DNA from: Candidatus Omnitrophota bacterium
GTDB lineage: Bacteria > Ratteibacteria > UBA8468 > MWAK01
Length of the DNA: 64,000 nt
Direction: 5' to 3'
NCBI GenBank assembly: GCA_043797665.1
Contig: JAZDPL010000089.1
Location: 1-64,000, forward strand
Below the pieces are notes generated by a model. It searched no databases, was not told the origin of the DNA, and saw only the letters and a program-made list of their open reading frames with translations. Positions 29,749-39,707 of the stretch are shown piece by piece (the stretch's first letter is position 1; each line of letters opens with the position of its first letter). The translations under genes and the position numbers were made by a program.

Positions 29749-31919
29749 TGGCCCTGATAAATACTGAAAGTACATTTTTTCAAGGTAAACGCCCTTGGTC
29801 TAAAATAAAAGACTCGGTATTAAAAGATTATTTGCCACCCTATCTTAATAAAGTTGCTCAGCTTAAACAGCAAATAATCTTGGTGGATGCTTTTGCCGGA
29901 CCGGGAATTTTTGAAAATGAAACAGGAGCGGAGAGATTAGGTTCTCCTTTAATAATTTTAAATGCTGCGGAAAAACACGTCCCTGGTAAATATTTTGCAA
30001 TTTTTGTAAATTCTAATAAAGTCTACCATGCTAAATTAGAAAATGTGATAAGTAAATTAATTTCACGAAAATCGGCACAGATTTTATATGGTACGGCTCA
30101 AGAACTTTTAACAGAATTGAATAAAATTCCAACTAACCAGACACTTTTTGTTTATTTAGATCCATTCGGTCTTAAGAATCTTGATTTTAAATTAATCGAA
30201 CCATTCTTAAAAAGAAATGTTCTCTATAGTAGCACCGAGATACTTATTAATATGAGTATGCCCACCCTACACCGATTAGCGACACGAAACTTGCAACAGA
30301 ACGGCAACCAAACATCAAAATCTATAAAATTAAATGAGACACTTACAAAAGTATTGGGTGGCGATTATTGGAAAGAAATTATGTGGAGTGAATCTCTGAA
30401 TGCCGAAGATAAAGAAATAAAAGTAGTGGAAAAATATAGAGAGTTGCTGAAGAAATATTTATCTTATACAGGTTCATGTCCAGTCAGAGAAAAACAGGGA
30501 AATAGAATAAAATATTTTATCACCTTTTGCTCCCGGCATCCCGATGCCATGCTTCTAATGAATGATTTTATGTGTAAATCCTATTTTAAATACATGCATG
30601 AAAGGGATTATGTTGCCACTCTTTTTAAAAATATGGATTGGAAAAAAATGAGAAATTTATCTTCCCTTAAAAAAATCATCCTTGAAGAAATAAATTCTAA
30701 ATCCAAACAAACTCGCATAGAATTATGGGGTAAGATAATGCAAAATAATTTCATGAAATACCACTCTTCCGAATATAAAGAAGCGGTAAAACAGATTGTT
30801 GACGAGGGGAAAATAAAATACGAAAACCCAAAGAATACCGGAAGACTTAACGATGACTGTATACTTTTTTTGAACAATAAAAGTTACGATTTAAACGATA
30901 GTAATGGACTTTTGGTAGGAGAAAAAGCCATTGAATATTTGCAGATACAAAATAGGATTGTTAACAAAATAAAGATTCAGTTTGATAATTATAAAACTTT
31001 GGATGGTGGAATAAAATATTTAGTTAAACAGGTTAATGATGGTTCAATAATTACACGTTTTGACAAAACCCCCTTACCCCAGGTAGCAACGGATGTTATT
31101 TGTCCTCATTTCGTGGAACTGAAATGGGCATACGGCTGCCCTTTTGATTGTTCCTGGTGCTATTTGAAGGGGACTTTTAGATTCAGGCCCGAAGGCATTA
31201 AGCCGGTGGTTAAAGATTTCGGAAAAGTAAAGTCGCACGTAGAAGCATTTTTAAATGAGGTCAAAGAACCAGAGATTTTGAATACGGGCGAACTTGCGGA
31301 TTCACTGATGATGGAAAATGGAGCCGGTGCCTTTTCAAAAACCATAATTCCTTTATTTGAATCCCAGGATAAACATAAGGTTTTATTTGTTACTAAATCA
31401 AGTAATATAAAAAACCTCCTGGAAATAAATCCCCACAGGCAAGTAATAGTAAGTTTCACCTTAAATGCATTGGCGGTTTCAGGATTATGGGAGAAGAAGG
31501 CGCCGAAGGTTTTGGACAGAATTAAAGCGGCAGGAGAATTAAGTAAAGCAGGCTACGAAGTCAGGATAAGGATTGACCCAATGGTGCCAATTGAAAACTG
31601 GCCGGGTCTTTACCATGACCTTATAGACAAAATATTTTTAGCATTTAAGCCGGAACGGATAACCCTGGGTTCTTTACGTGGCTTACAGAGTACCATAAAC
31701 GGCACGAAAGATACCTCCTGGGTTCACTACTTAAAAGAAACTTCTAATTGGGGCAAGAAAATAGATTTTACTACCCGGATGAAGATGTATTCTGAGATAA
31801 CCTCTTATTTGAAGAAGGAACATAGATACGGTAAAATAGCTCTTTGCAAAGAAACCAAAGCGATGTGGCAGAAGTTAGGGATGGACTACGAGGATATAAA
31901 GTGTAATTGTGTCTGGTAG
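29748..31919 (+). CDS. Fusion of TcmP (three-Cys-motif partner) MTase-like/wHTH domains with a spore-photoproduct-lyase-like radical SAM domain
   Basis: N-term WSKIK...Y, VDAFAGPG, YLDPFG, EILIN; C-term GCPFDCSWCYL (CxxxCxxC), TGELADSL, TKS, RIDP, terminal CNC. TAATG coupling to hsdS. Confidence 0.82.
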   Translation: MALINTESTFFQGKRPWSKIKDSVLKDYLPPYLNKVAQLKQQIILVDAFAGPGIFENETGAERLGSPLIILNAAEKHVPGKYFAIFVNSNKVYHAKLENVISKLISRKSAQILYGTAQELLTELNKIPTNQTLFVYLDPFGLKNLDFKLIEPFLKRNVLYSSTEILINMSMPTLHRLATRNLQQNGNQTSKSIKLNETLTKVLGGDYWKEIMWSESLNAEDKEIKVVEKYRELLKKYLSYTGSCPVREKQGNRIKYFITFCSRHPDAMLLMNDFMCKSYFKYMHERDYVATLFKNMDWKKMRNLSSLKKIILEEINSKSKQTRIELWGKIMQNNFMKYHSSEYKEAVKQIVDEGKIKYENPKNTGRLNDDCILFLNNKSYDLNDSNGLLVGEKAIEYLQIQNRIVNKIKIQFDNYKTLDGGIKYLVKQVNDGSIITRFDKTPLPQVATDVICPHFVELKWAYGCPFDCSWCYLKGTFRFRPEGIKPVVKDFGKVKSHVEAFLNEVKEPEILNTGELADSLMMENGAGAFSKTIIPLFESQDKHKVLFVTKSSNIKNLLEINPHRQVIVSFTLNALAVSGLWEKKAPKVLDRIKAAGELSKAGYEVRIRIDPMVPIENWPGLYHDLIDKIFLAFKPERITLGSLRGLQSTINGTKDTSWVHYLKETSNWGKKIDFTTRMKMYSEITSYLKKEHRYGKIALCKETKAMWQKLGMDYEDIKCNCVW

Positions 31920-31928
31920 CCCTTTAAT

Positions 31929-31958
31929 GGATTCCCGCTTAAAGCATGCGGGAATGAC
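31929..31958 (+). repeat. ATTCCC-N-GGGAAT palindrome (dRS3-like), possible terminator
   Basis: GGATTCCCGCTTAAAGCATGCGGGAATGAC at the right edge of the AT-rich island. Confidence 0.65.
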
Positions 31959-31970
31959 AGAATAGATGCA

Positions 31971-33203
31971 ATGAATAACATAAAAAAGGTGGACCCGAAG
32001 GTCGCTTACTGGATTAAGAAAGAAGAAGAAAGACTCTCTTCCACTCTGGAGTTAATCGCTTCCGAAAATCTGGTGAGCAAGGCGGTTCTGGAAGCAACCG
32101 GCTCGGTTTTGACCAACAAGTACGCGGAAGGTTACCCGGGCCGGCGTTATTACGGGGGCTGCCGGTTTGTGGACGAGGTGGAAAAATTGGCGATAGACAG
32201 AGCCAAAAAACTTTTTGGCGTAGCATACGCTAACGTTCAACCCCATTCCGGAACTCAGGCTAATATGGCGGTCCTCCTGTCGGTCCTGAAGGTTGGCGAC
32301 CCGATTATGGGTATGAGTTTGGATGCGGGCGGACATTTGAGCCACGGCGCTCCCGCCAACTTCTCCGGCTGCCTCTTCGCCAACCATCCTTACACGGTGG
32401 ACCGGAAGACGGAACTTTTAGACTATAACCGCATCGCTCTCCTGGCGGAAAAAGTAAAACCAAAGATGATTATCTGCGGCGCCAGCGCCTATCCCCGGAT
32501 AATAGATTTCGCGGAATTCCGCAGGATTGCCGATAACGTAGGCGCCTACCTTCTGGCCGATATCGCCCATATCGCGGGCCTGGTGGTCGCCGGTCTCCAC
32601 CCTACTCCGGTCGGCCAGGCCCAGTTCATCACCACCACCACGCACAAAACCCTGCGCGGACCGAGAGGCGGTCTGATTCTGGCGGACAAAGAACACGGCC
32701 ATATTCTGGACCGGATGATATTCCCGGGCATTCAGGGCGGCCCGTTGATGCATATCATCGCAGCCAAGGCGGTGGCTTTTCAGGAGGCGCTGAAACCGGA
32801 GTTTAAAAAATATCAAAACCAGATTATCAAGAACAGCAAGGCCCTGGCTAAAAATCTCCGGGAGAAAAAGTTCCGTCTGGTTACCGGCGGCACGGACAAC
32901 CACCTGGTTCTCATTGACCTGACCGACAAAAATATCACCGGTGCGGAAGCGGAAAAATTCTTAGAGGATGTGGGCATCTCCGCCAACAAAAATATGATTC
33001 CTTTTGACCCGCTTGATGCCAAGAAGACCAGCGGTCTCAGAATCGGTACGCCCGCAGCAACCACCCGGGGGATGAAAGAACCGGAGATGGCTCTGATTGC
33101 CGAACTGATTGCGGAAACGCTTCAACACCGGTCAAATTCAGTCTGCCTGAAAAAGATTAACGGTAGAGTAAAAAGACTCTGCCTTCGTTTTCCAATTAAA
33201 TAA
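31971..33203 (+). CDS. glyA: Serine hydroxymethyltransferase
   Basis: [35 protein letters not shown]. Confidence 0.98.
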   Translation: MNNIKKVDPKVAYWIKKEEERLSSTLELIASENLVSKAVLEATGSVLTNKYAEGYPGRRYYGGCRFVDEVEKLAIDRAKKLFGVAYANVQPHSGTQANMAVLLSVLKVGDPIMGMSLDAGGHLSHGAPANFSGCLFANHPYTVDRKTELLDYNRIALLAEKVKPKMIICGASAYPRIIDFAEFRRIADNVGAYLLADIAHIAGLVVAGLHPTPVGQAQFITTTTHKTLRGPRGGLILADKEHGHILDRMIFPGIQGGPLMHIIAAKAVAFQEALKPEFKKYQNQIIKNSKALAKNLREKKFRLVTGGTDNHLVLIDLTDKNITGAEAEKFLEDVGISANKNMIPFDPLDAKKTSGLRIGTPAATTRGMKEPEMALIAELIAETLQHRSNSVCLKKINGRVKRLCLRFPIK

Positions 33204-33223
33204 GAACGGAAGGGGAGAAGAAA

Positions 33224-34471
33224 ATGAAACTGCCGGAAATAGAAAAACGTCTGCTTGATACTCTCGGCAAATTCCAGATTATAGATTGTCATGAGCACCT
33301 GCCTCCGGAGAAGGTACGAATGAAAACAGAGGTGGATTTTTTCACTCTCTTTTCCCAGTATACCCATTGGGACCTACTGAGAGCAGGTATGAGTGAAGAG
33401 GACTACCAATCTCTCTTTAATCGAAAAACCTCTCTTGATATCCGGTGGGAAAAGTTTGCACCTTACTGGAAAAAGATTCGCTGGACATCTTATTCCCGGG
33501 CCGTGCTAATTACGGTGAAAAAGTTTTTTGGCGCCGGTGAAATTAACGAAAAAACATACTCCAAAATCTCGGATGCCATCAAAAAAACAAATAAGCCTGG
33601 CCTCTATGCTAAAATCTTACGGAATGCCTGTAATATTAAGACCTGCCTCACCCAGTGCGGAACGACCGAAACAGGAACCGACTTACTCACGCCGGTTATG
33701 CCTATGCAGTTTGAACTGGAAAACCGGAAAGCACTCAGCCATCCGTTTTTCGAAAAAAATGGCGGCATAAAGAGCCTTAATGATTATCTGGACGCAGTTG
33801 GCCGGTACGTTCTAAAAGTCAAGTCGGAAGGAGCGGTGGGACTTAAGATGGTCTCCCTTCCGTATGGTGAGCCAAACCAATCAGAAGCGCTACGCCTCTT
33901 TAAAAAAATTAAATCAGGTAAGACCCTTCCTTCATCTCAGTTTCCGAATTTCCTAAAAAGGAACTCTCTTCGCGACTATATCACTGATTGGACTATCAGA
34001 CTGGCTGGAGAACAGAACCTGGTTATAGCGGTCCACACCGGCTACTGGGGAGACTTTCGTAATGTAGACCCACTCCATATGATTCCCTTGCTTCAACGTC
34101 ATCCTAACGTCCGTTTTGACATTTATCACGCAGGATATCCCTGGGTAAGAGAAACCCTGATGTTAGGTAAAGGGTTTTCCAACGTCTGGCTGAACTTCTG
34201 CTGGACTCACATCATCTCCCAACGGTTTGCCATGGCGGCTCTGGACGAAGCGCTTGACCTTGTTCCCATCAACAAGATTCTGGCTTTCGGCGGCGATTAC
34301 GGGACACCGGTAGAAAAGGTTTATGGTCACCTCCAGATGGCACGCGAAGACATCGCTAAAATTCTGGCAAAACGAATTAATGAAAACCAGATGAAAGAAG
34401 CAGAGGCTCTGAAAATAGCCCATCAATGGTTCTGGGAAAATCCCAAAGAGTTGTACCATTTGAAAGTATAG
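33224..34471 (+). CDS. Amidohydrolase-family (uronate-isomerase-like) protein
   Basis: IDCHEH, VHTG, IYHAGYP, FGGDY. Confidence 0.8.
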   Translation: MKLPEIEKRLLDTLGKFQIIDCHEHLPPEKVRMKTEVDFFTLFSQYTHWDLLRAGMSEEDYQSLFNRKTSLDIRWEKFAPYWKKIRWTSYSRAVLITVKKFFGAGEINEKTYSKISDAIKKTNKPGLYAKILRNACNIKTCLTQCGTTETGTDLLTPVMPMQFELENRKALSHPFFEKNGGIKSLNDYLDAVGRYVLKVKSEGAVGLKMVSLPYGEPNQSEALRLFKKIKSGKTLPSSQFPNFLKRNSLRDYITDWTIRLAGEQNLVIAVHTGYWGDFRNVDPLHMIPLLQRHPNVRFDIYHAGYPWVRETLMLGKGFSNVWLNFCWTHIISQRFAMAALDEALDLVPINKILAFGGDYGTPVEKVYGHLQMAREDIAKILAKRINENQMKEAEALKIAHQWFWENPKELYHLKV

Positions 34472-34495
34472 CAATCCCTATTTTTTCTCCCCCCT

Positions 34496-37400
34496 GTGAC
34501 CCTGACACAAGTTTTCAAGCGACTGGCAAAGACAAAAACCTTTCAGGAAACCCTTTCTTTAATTGCCAAATCAGAAAAAACCGTTTATCTCTCAGGGTTG
34601 GCTGGCTCCTCCCGCAGCCTGTTTACCGCCGCCCTGTTTTCAAAATTACGTACGTTCCCAAAAACCCTACTCATAACACCCAACGTAGAGAGCGCCAGCC
34701 GGGCTTACGGTGACCTGCAAACGTTTCTGCCTTCTAAAAATGTCGCCTACTTTCCTTTCAGTGAGGTACTTCCTGACGAAGGACTTACCCCCCAATCTGA
34801 CATTGGGGTCCCCGCGCCGCCTGAGGGATTGCCGAACAATAAAGTTGACCATTTGCCAGAGGCGATTTTGGAACGAGACAAGGAGCGAAGAAGATTGCGT
34901 ACCCCCTGTGGTACGGAAGCAATGAGCGACGCAGTCGCAGCCCAAAAGCGACCTGGCCCTTCGGGGAGTCCCATCTTTAGGTCATTGCGTCGTTGCTCCT
35001 CGGCTATGTGCCACAGTGGGCACAGAGCCTTCGTCGCGCCTTGCACTGACCTCAAATCCGGAACTCCAAATAGTCAACTTTATTGTTCGGCAATCCCTGA
35101 GGTTGAAAGCCAGCGCCTTGAGGTACTTAATCAGATGTCGGCTAACGAAAAGGAACCCCTTCTGGTCGTGGCGCCAATTCAGGCAGTAATCCCGCCGTTA
35201 CCCACTCCGAAAGTCCTCAAGGAACATACTATCAGCCTCAAACTCAGACAGCCCTTAGACCGCAGCCGTTTCATTGAGAAGATGGTGGCTTGTGGTTATC
35301 AGAGGGCGGAATTAGTCACGGAAGCCGGCCAGTTTGCAATCCGGGGCGGTATTATCGACCTTTTTCCGACCACCCGGGAACGACCCCTCCGGATTGAACT
35401 CTCCGGCAACAAAATTATCTCCTTGCGGTACTTTAATCCGGAGACCCAGTTGAGTTACGAACCAACCGGTTCGGTCACCATCCTTCCCGTAACCGAAAAA
35501 GGACTGATGCCTCCGGAAAATGCCGGTTTCTTTCTGGAATATTTTCCGCCGGGAACCCTGCTGGTATTGTGGGAATTGCCGAATATCCTTACGGAAGAGA
35601 AAACTTTCTTCAGAAAGACGAACTTTCCTATTATCAGCCTCTCCTCTAATCCCCCTTCTTCCCCCTTTACAAAAGGGGGATTTGAGGGGGATTTAAAAGG
35701 AGAATCGTTCCACACGGAAAGCGTAACCCGGTTCAGTCTGAAAGGACCGGTTACCTTGCCGGATATCTGGCAGAAAGAACCCCTCCTCATCTTCTGCCGG
35801 AACGAAAGCCAATCCAAAAGGTTAAAAGAAGTTCTGGCGGAGCGCCGGTTAAGACTGCATCCGGAAAGCGTTGTTGACATCGGCTATCTTGCCGAAGGTT
35901 TTTCCTTTCCCGCAATCGGATTAACCTGCCTCTCCGACTCGGAAATCTTCGGCCGATACCGCTCCTTCCGGCCCGGGCTGAAACCCTTCTTCCAATCCCC
36001 GGCGATTCATACCACGGAAGAGATTAAACCCGGCAACTACGTCGTACATCTCAACGAAGGCATCGGAAAATTTCTGGGTATCAGCCATCTCAAGGTAGAC
36101 GAAAAGAAGGAAGAAGTGCTGAAGATTGAGTATGCAGAAGGTATGCTGCTTTACGTGCCGGTCAACCAGATTAATCTGGTCCATCGCTACGCGGGTGCGG
36201 AAAAACCTCCTGTACTCTCCCGGTTAGGCGGTCGTACCTGGCTCAAAACCCGGGAACGGGTAAAGGAAGGGATACGGGATTTAGCCAGCGACCTGCTGAG
36301 AATCTATCAGTACCGAAAAGAGAAGAAAGGGTTAGCCTACCCTCCGGATTCCGCCTGGCAGACCGAATTTGAAGGTGAATTTATTTACGAAGAGACACCG
36401 GACCAGTTAACCGTGACCAAAGAAGTAAAAGAAGACCTTCAATCCCCTAAACCGATGGACCGGCTCATCTGCGGGGACGTCGGTTACGGAAAGACCGAAG
36501 TGGCGATGCGGGCCGCCTTTAAAGTGGTAGAGACCGGGAAACAGGTGTCTCTCCTGTGCCCGACCACGATTCTCGCCGAACAGCACCTGCGGACCTTCCG
36601 CGAACGATTTGCCGACTTTCCGGTCCGGATTGAGAACTTATCCCGGTTCCGCAGTCAGGAAGAACAGAAAGCAATCGTTATTGACCTGGCGGAAGGCAAG
36701 ATTGAAATCATTATCGGCACCCACCGGCTTTTCAGTAAGGATATCCGGTTCAAAGACTTAGGTTTGTGGATTGTTGACGAGGAACAGCGCTTTGGCGTCA
36801 CCCATAAAGAACGTTTACGGGCGCGCTGGCCGGAGATTGACATCCTAACCCTTTCCGCCACGCCGATTCCCCGGACGATGCAGTTATCCCTCTCTGGCAT
36901 CCGGGACCTTTCCGTAATTGAAACACCTCCGGCCGGAAGGCAGGCAATCCTGACCTTCCTCTCGCCTTACCGGGAAGACCTGATTGTGAAGTCCTGCCAG
37001 CGCGAATTAGAACGTTCCGGACAGGTCTTCTTCGTCCACAACCGGATAGAAAACATTGACCGCATCGCCGACCGTTTAAGGAATCTCATACCGGAGGCAG
37101 AAATTGCGACTGCCCACGGTCAGATGGAAGAAAAGGACCTGGCCGGAGTAATGGACCGGTTTTTAGACCAGAAAATAGACATCCTGGTATCCACCTCCAT
37201 CGTGGAATCCGGTCTGGACATTCCCACCGCCAACACTATCATCATCAACAACAGCCAGAACTTCGGTTTAGCAGACCTTTACCAGTTACGGGGCCGGGTC
37301 GGCCGGTACAAAAGCCAGGCGTATTGTTATCTCCTCTATAACCCGGCGGAAGTACTCACCGAGGAGGCGCGTAAAAGGCTTACCGCAATGGAAGAATTCA

Positions 37401-37765
37401 GCCGGTTGGGCAGCGGCTTGCGTCTGGCTTTAGCAGACCTGGAGATACGCGGGGCGGGAAACATTCTGGGCAGGGAACAACACGGCTTCATTGAAGCGGT
37501 TGGTTTCTATCTCTATAGCCAGTTATTCCGGGAGGCGGTGGCAGAACTGACCGGTCAAAAGGTAAAAAGTGAAGTCAATATTTCCAAGATAAAAGGCGTC
37601 CTTCCGGAAGAGTATATCCCGTCAGAGATGGTACGCCTCTCCTTGTACCGCCGCATCTTTGGCCTTTCCGAAGATGCCGAAAAAATGGCGCGGGAGATGG
37701 CAGACCGTTTCGGTCCGGTACCGGAAGAGACCCGCAAATTCCTCCGTTCCTTTACGCCAGGCTGA
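34496..37765 (+). CDS. mfd: Transcription-repair coupling factor with three in-frame repeat insertions
   Basis: RGGIIDLF, CarD/TRCF domain, GDVGYGKTE, DEEQRFG, SATPIPR, QLRGRVGR. Confidence 0.96.
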   Translation: MTLTQVFKRLAKTKTFQETLSLIAKSEKTVYLSGLAGSSRSLFTAALFSKLRTFPKTLLITPNVESASRAYGDLQTFLPSKNVAYFPFSEVLPDEGLTPQSDIGVPAPPEGLPNNKVDHLPEAILERDKERRRLRTPCGTEAMSDAVAAQKRPGPSGSPIFRSLRRCSSAMCHSGHRAFVAPCTDLKSGTPNSQLYCSAIPEVESQRLEVLNQMSANEKEPLLVVAPIQAVIPPLPTPKVLKEHTISLKLRQPLDRSRFIEKMVACGYQRAELVTEAGQFAIRGGIIDLFPTTRERPLRIELSGNKIISLRYFNPETQLSYEPTGSVTILPVTEKGLMPPENAGFFLEYFPPGTLLVLWELPNILTEEKTFFRKTNFPIISLSSNPPSSPFTKGGFEGDLKGESFHTESVTRFSLKGPVTLPDIWQKEPLLIFCRNESQSKRLKEVLAERRLRLHPESVVDIGYLAEGFSFPAIGLTCLSDSEIFGRYRSFRPGLKPFFQSPAIHTTEEIKPGNYVVHLNEGIGKFLGISHLKVDEKKEEVLKIEYAEGMLLYVPVNQINLVHRYAGAEKPPVLSRLGGRTWLKTRERVKEGIRDLASDLLRIYQYRKEKKGLAYPPDSAWQTEFEGEFIYEETPDQLTVTKEVKEDLQSPKPMDRLICGDVGYGKTEVAMRAAFKVVETGKQVSLLCPTTILAEQHLRTFRERFADFPVRIENLSRFRSQEEQKAIVIDLAEGKIEIIIGTHRLFSKDIRFKDLGLWIVDEEQRFGVTHKERLRARWPEIDILTLSATPIPRTMQLSLSGIRDLSVIETPPAGRQAILTFLSPYREDLIVKSCQRELERSGQVFFVHNRIENIDRIADRLRNLIPEAEIATAHGQMEEKDLAGVMDRFLDQKIDILVSTSIVESGLDIPTANTIIINNSQNFGLADLYQLRGRVGRYKSQAYCYLLYNPAEVLTEEARKRLTAMEEFSRLGSGLRLALADLEIRGAGNILGREQHGFIEAVGFYLYSQLFREAVAELTGQKVKSEVNISKIKGVLPEEYIPSEMVRLSLYRRIFGLSEDAEKMAREMADRFGPVPEETRKFLRSFTPG
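34825..35097. mobile_element. 273-bp MITE with 31-bp TIRs and TGA target duplication, in frame in mfd
   Basis: GGGATTGCCGAACAATAAAGTTGAC(C/T)ATTTG at both ends (1 mismatch); TGA at 34822-24 and 35098-100; 273+3 = 92 codons with no stop. Confidence 0.92.
35648..35693. repeat. CCCCCTTT-AAAGGGGG palindrome in frame in mfd
   Basis: AATCCCCCTTCTTCCCCCTTTACAAAAGGGGGATTTGAGGGGGATT, read as NPPSSPFTKGGFEGD. Confidence 0.75.
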
Positions 37766-37789
37766 AATTTTTGGTATAATAAGTTTGTG

Positions 37790-37880
37790 TGTCATTCTGA
37801 GCGTAGCGAAGAATCTCATCCTTAGATCCTTCACTACCCTTTCCCATCCGAGGGAAAGGGAACCCGCGTTCAGGATGACA
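37790..37880. repeat. GTCATTCTGAG palindromic repeat with nested hairpin, in the tRNA leader
   Basis: Lies between TGGTATAAT (37772-80) and the tRNA; 29-bp insert at 37837-37865. Confidence 0.85.
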
Positions 37881-37893
37881 TCTATACGTTCCT

Positions 37894-37965
37894 GGGGCAG
37901 TAGTTTAGTGGGAAAACACTGGAATCGCACTCCAGAGACCGAGGGTTCAAATCCCTTCTGCTCCA
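37894..37965 (+). tRNA. tRNA-Ala(CGC)
   Basis: Acceptor GGGGCAG/CTGCTCC with G3:U70, discriminator A; D stem GTTT/AAAC; anticodon arm CTGGA-ATCGCAC-TCCAG; T arm GAGGG-TTCAAAT-CCCTT. CCA not encoded. Confidence 0.93.
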
Positions 37966-37979
37966 CTTCCCTATTTTTA

Positions 37980-39707
37980 CTATTCTCTGAGGAATTGCTT
38001 GTTGAATGTTTTTTCGGTAATTTCAATCACGGTGGGACGGCCGTGCGGACAGGTAAAAGGGTCCCGGCAGTTCACCAGTTCGTTACGCAGATATTCCGCC
38101 TCTTCTTTATTAGAAGCATCACCCGCCATAACTGACTGACGGCAGGCACGCCGTACCAGGGAATCGTTACTGCAATTGGCAAGGTTCTCGCCGGAAAGAA
38201 GGTTGCGTATTGCCGGCTCCACGCTGGTAATCACCTGGGGATGGGAATGGACGCCGATATGCTCCTTGTCCCACAAGGTACTGGCAAACCCGATATCACC
38301 CAACCTCTCCTTCCCCTCCTCCCAACTTACCATTTCGGCCGGGGAAAGGTTGATTACGGACGGCACGAGCAGATGCTGCACCCTGACGGTACCGGTCTCA
38401 ATCTCCAATTTCAGCTTTTCATAGGTAATCCGTTCGTGCGCCGAATGCTGGTCAATAATCAGGAGGGAATTATCGGTCTCAAAGAAGAGGTATTTGTTCC
38501 GGAAGACTCCAAGATACCGGCTGTTTATCAGTTTAGACTTCAGGCTGCCGGCGCCGGAGTCCTCCCTGATTCCTTCTCCTTTCGGGAAATCTTCCTGACC
38601 CGGAAGAGATGCCTGGGTAAGGGGTATTTCAGACCCGGGCACCGGATAAGATACGGAACCGGAGGGTGACGTCTTTACGTCCGGGAATATAACCTCCCTG
38701 ACCTGTTTTGCCTGCCCCATAGATACCAGGACTTCCTGACAGAGAAAATGAAGTCTGGAGGCAAGGAGGTTTTCGTCTTTTATCTTAACCTCGCGCTTGG
38801 CAGGGTGAATGTTGACGTCCACCGCTTCCGGAGGTACGGTGATATCCAGGATAAAGAAGGGGTACGATTCCGGAGGCAGGATGCTCCGGTACATTTTATT
38901 GATGACAAAACTGACGTTGTCGTGCTGGACCGGCCTGCGGTTGACAAAGACGAACTGTAAATCCCTCCTTGGTCTCTGAATGTTGATGTCGCCCAGAATC
39001 AAATGCAGGGAAACCTGACGGTCCGGGAACTCCTTTCCGGTCTCCAACAAAGATTCCCGGGGCAGGTTCAAAACCCGGCTGACCCGGTTTATCCGGTTCT
39101 CTTCCGGTAAGAGTTCCAGTACATTTTTTGATTCGTGCCAGAGGATGAACTGATATTCCGGATAGATAATCGTGTAAGGGATAAAAATATTGAGAATCTG
39201 CTTGAATTCGGTAGCGTCGGCCTTTAAAAATTTCCGCCGCGCCGGTGTATTGAAGAAGATCTCCTGAACTTCAATCTCCGTACCTACCGGCATACTAACG
39301 GTCCGGAGGCTTATCCTTTCGCCACCCCGCAGGTGCATCTCCAGACCGGTATCGGAGCCTTTCGTCCGGCTCCGTAACGTAACGTCGGATACCGCCGCAA
39401 TACTGTAGAGCGCCTCTCCCCGGAATCCCAAGGATTTGACGGTGTAAAGGTCTTCGGCCCGGGATATCTTGCTGGTGGCGTGGCGCAAAAAGATTTTCTC
39501 CAGGTCGTCCGGCTCAATGCCGTCACCGGAATCCTTTACCTGAATGAAGGTCTTGCCGGACTTCTTGACCTTAACCTCCAACGTCTTAGCCCCGGCATCA
39601 AGACTGTTCTCAACCAGTTCTTTGACGACTGACGCGGGCCGTTCCACAACCTCGCCGGCGGCAATCTTGCCGGCTACCTCAGGCGGCAGCAGATTTACTT
39701 TTCCCAT
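37980..39707 (-). CDS. mutL: DNA mismatch repair endonuclease MutL
   Basis: IAAGEVVERP, GFRGEAL, DVNIHPAK, DQHSAHERITYE, CPHGRP. Confidence 0.97.
   Translation of the reverse strand: MGKVNLLPPEVAGKIAAGEVVERPASVVKELVENSLDAGAKTLEVKVKKSGKTFIQVKDSGDGIEPDDLEKIFLRHATSKISRAEDLYTVKSLGFRGEALYSIAAVSDVTLRSRTKGSDTGLEMHLRGGERISLRTVSMPVGTEIEVQEIFFNTPARRKFLKADATEFKQILNIFIPYTIIYPEYQFILWHESKNVLELLPEENRINRVSRVLNLPRESLLETGKEFPDRQVSLHLILGDINIQRPRRDLQFVFVNRRPVQHDNVSFVINKMYRSILPPESYPFFILDITVPPEAVDVNIHPAKREVKIKDENLLASRLHFLCQEVLVSMGQAKQVREVIFPDVKTSPSGSVSYPVPGSEIPLTQASLPGQEDFPKGEGIREDSGAGSLKSKLINSRYLGVFRNKYLFFETDNSLLIIDQHSAHERITYEKLKLEIETGTVRVQHLLVPSVINLSPAEMVSWEEGKERLGDIGFASTLWDKEHIGVHSHPQVITSVEPAIRNLLSGENLANCSNDSLVRRACRQSVMAGDASNKEEAEYLRNELVNCRDPFTCPHGRPTVIEITEKTFNKQFLRE

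Noticed and set aside
34825..35097. Intein or self-splicing intron in mfd
   Set aside because: No intein terminal residues (C/S...HN) or intron motifs; TIRs plus a target duplication explain it as a MITE.
37894..37965. tRNA-Ala as an island integration site
   Set aside because: No duplicated 3' end or integrase seen; flanked by mfd and mutL.
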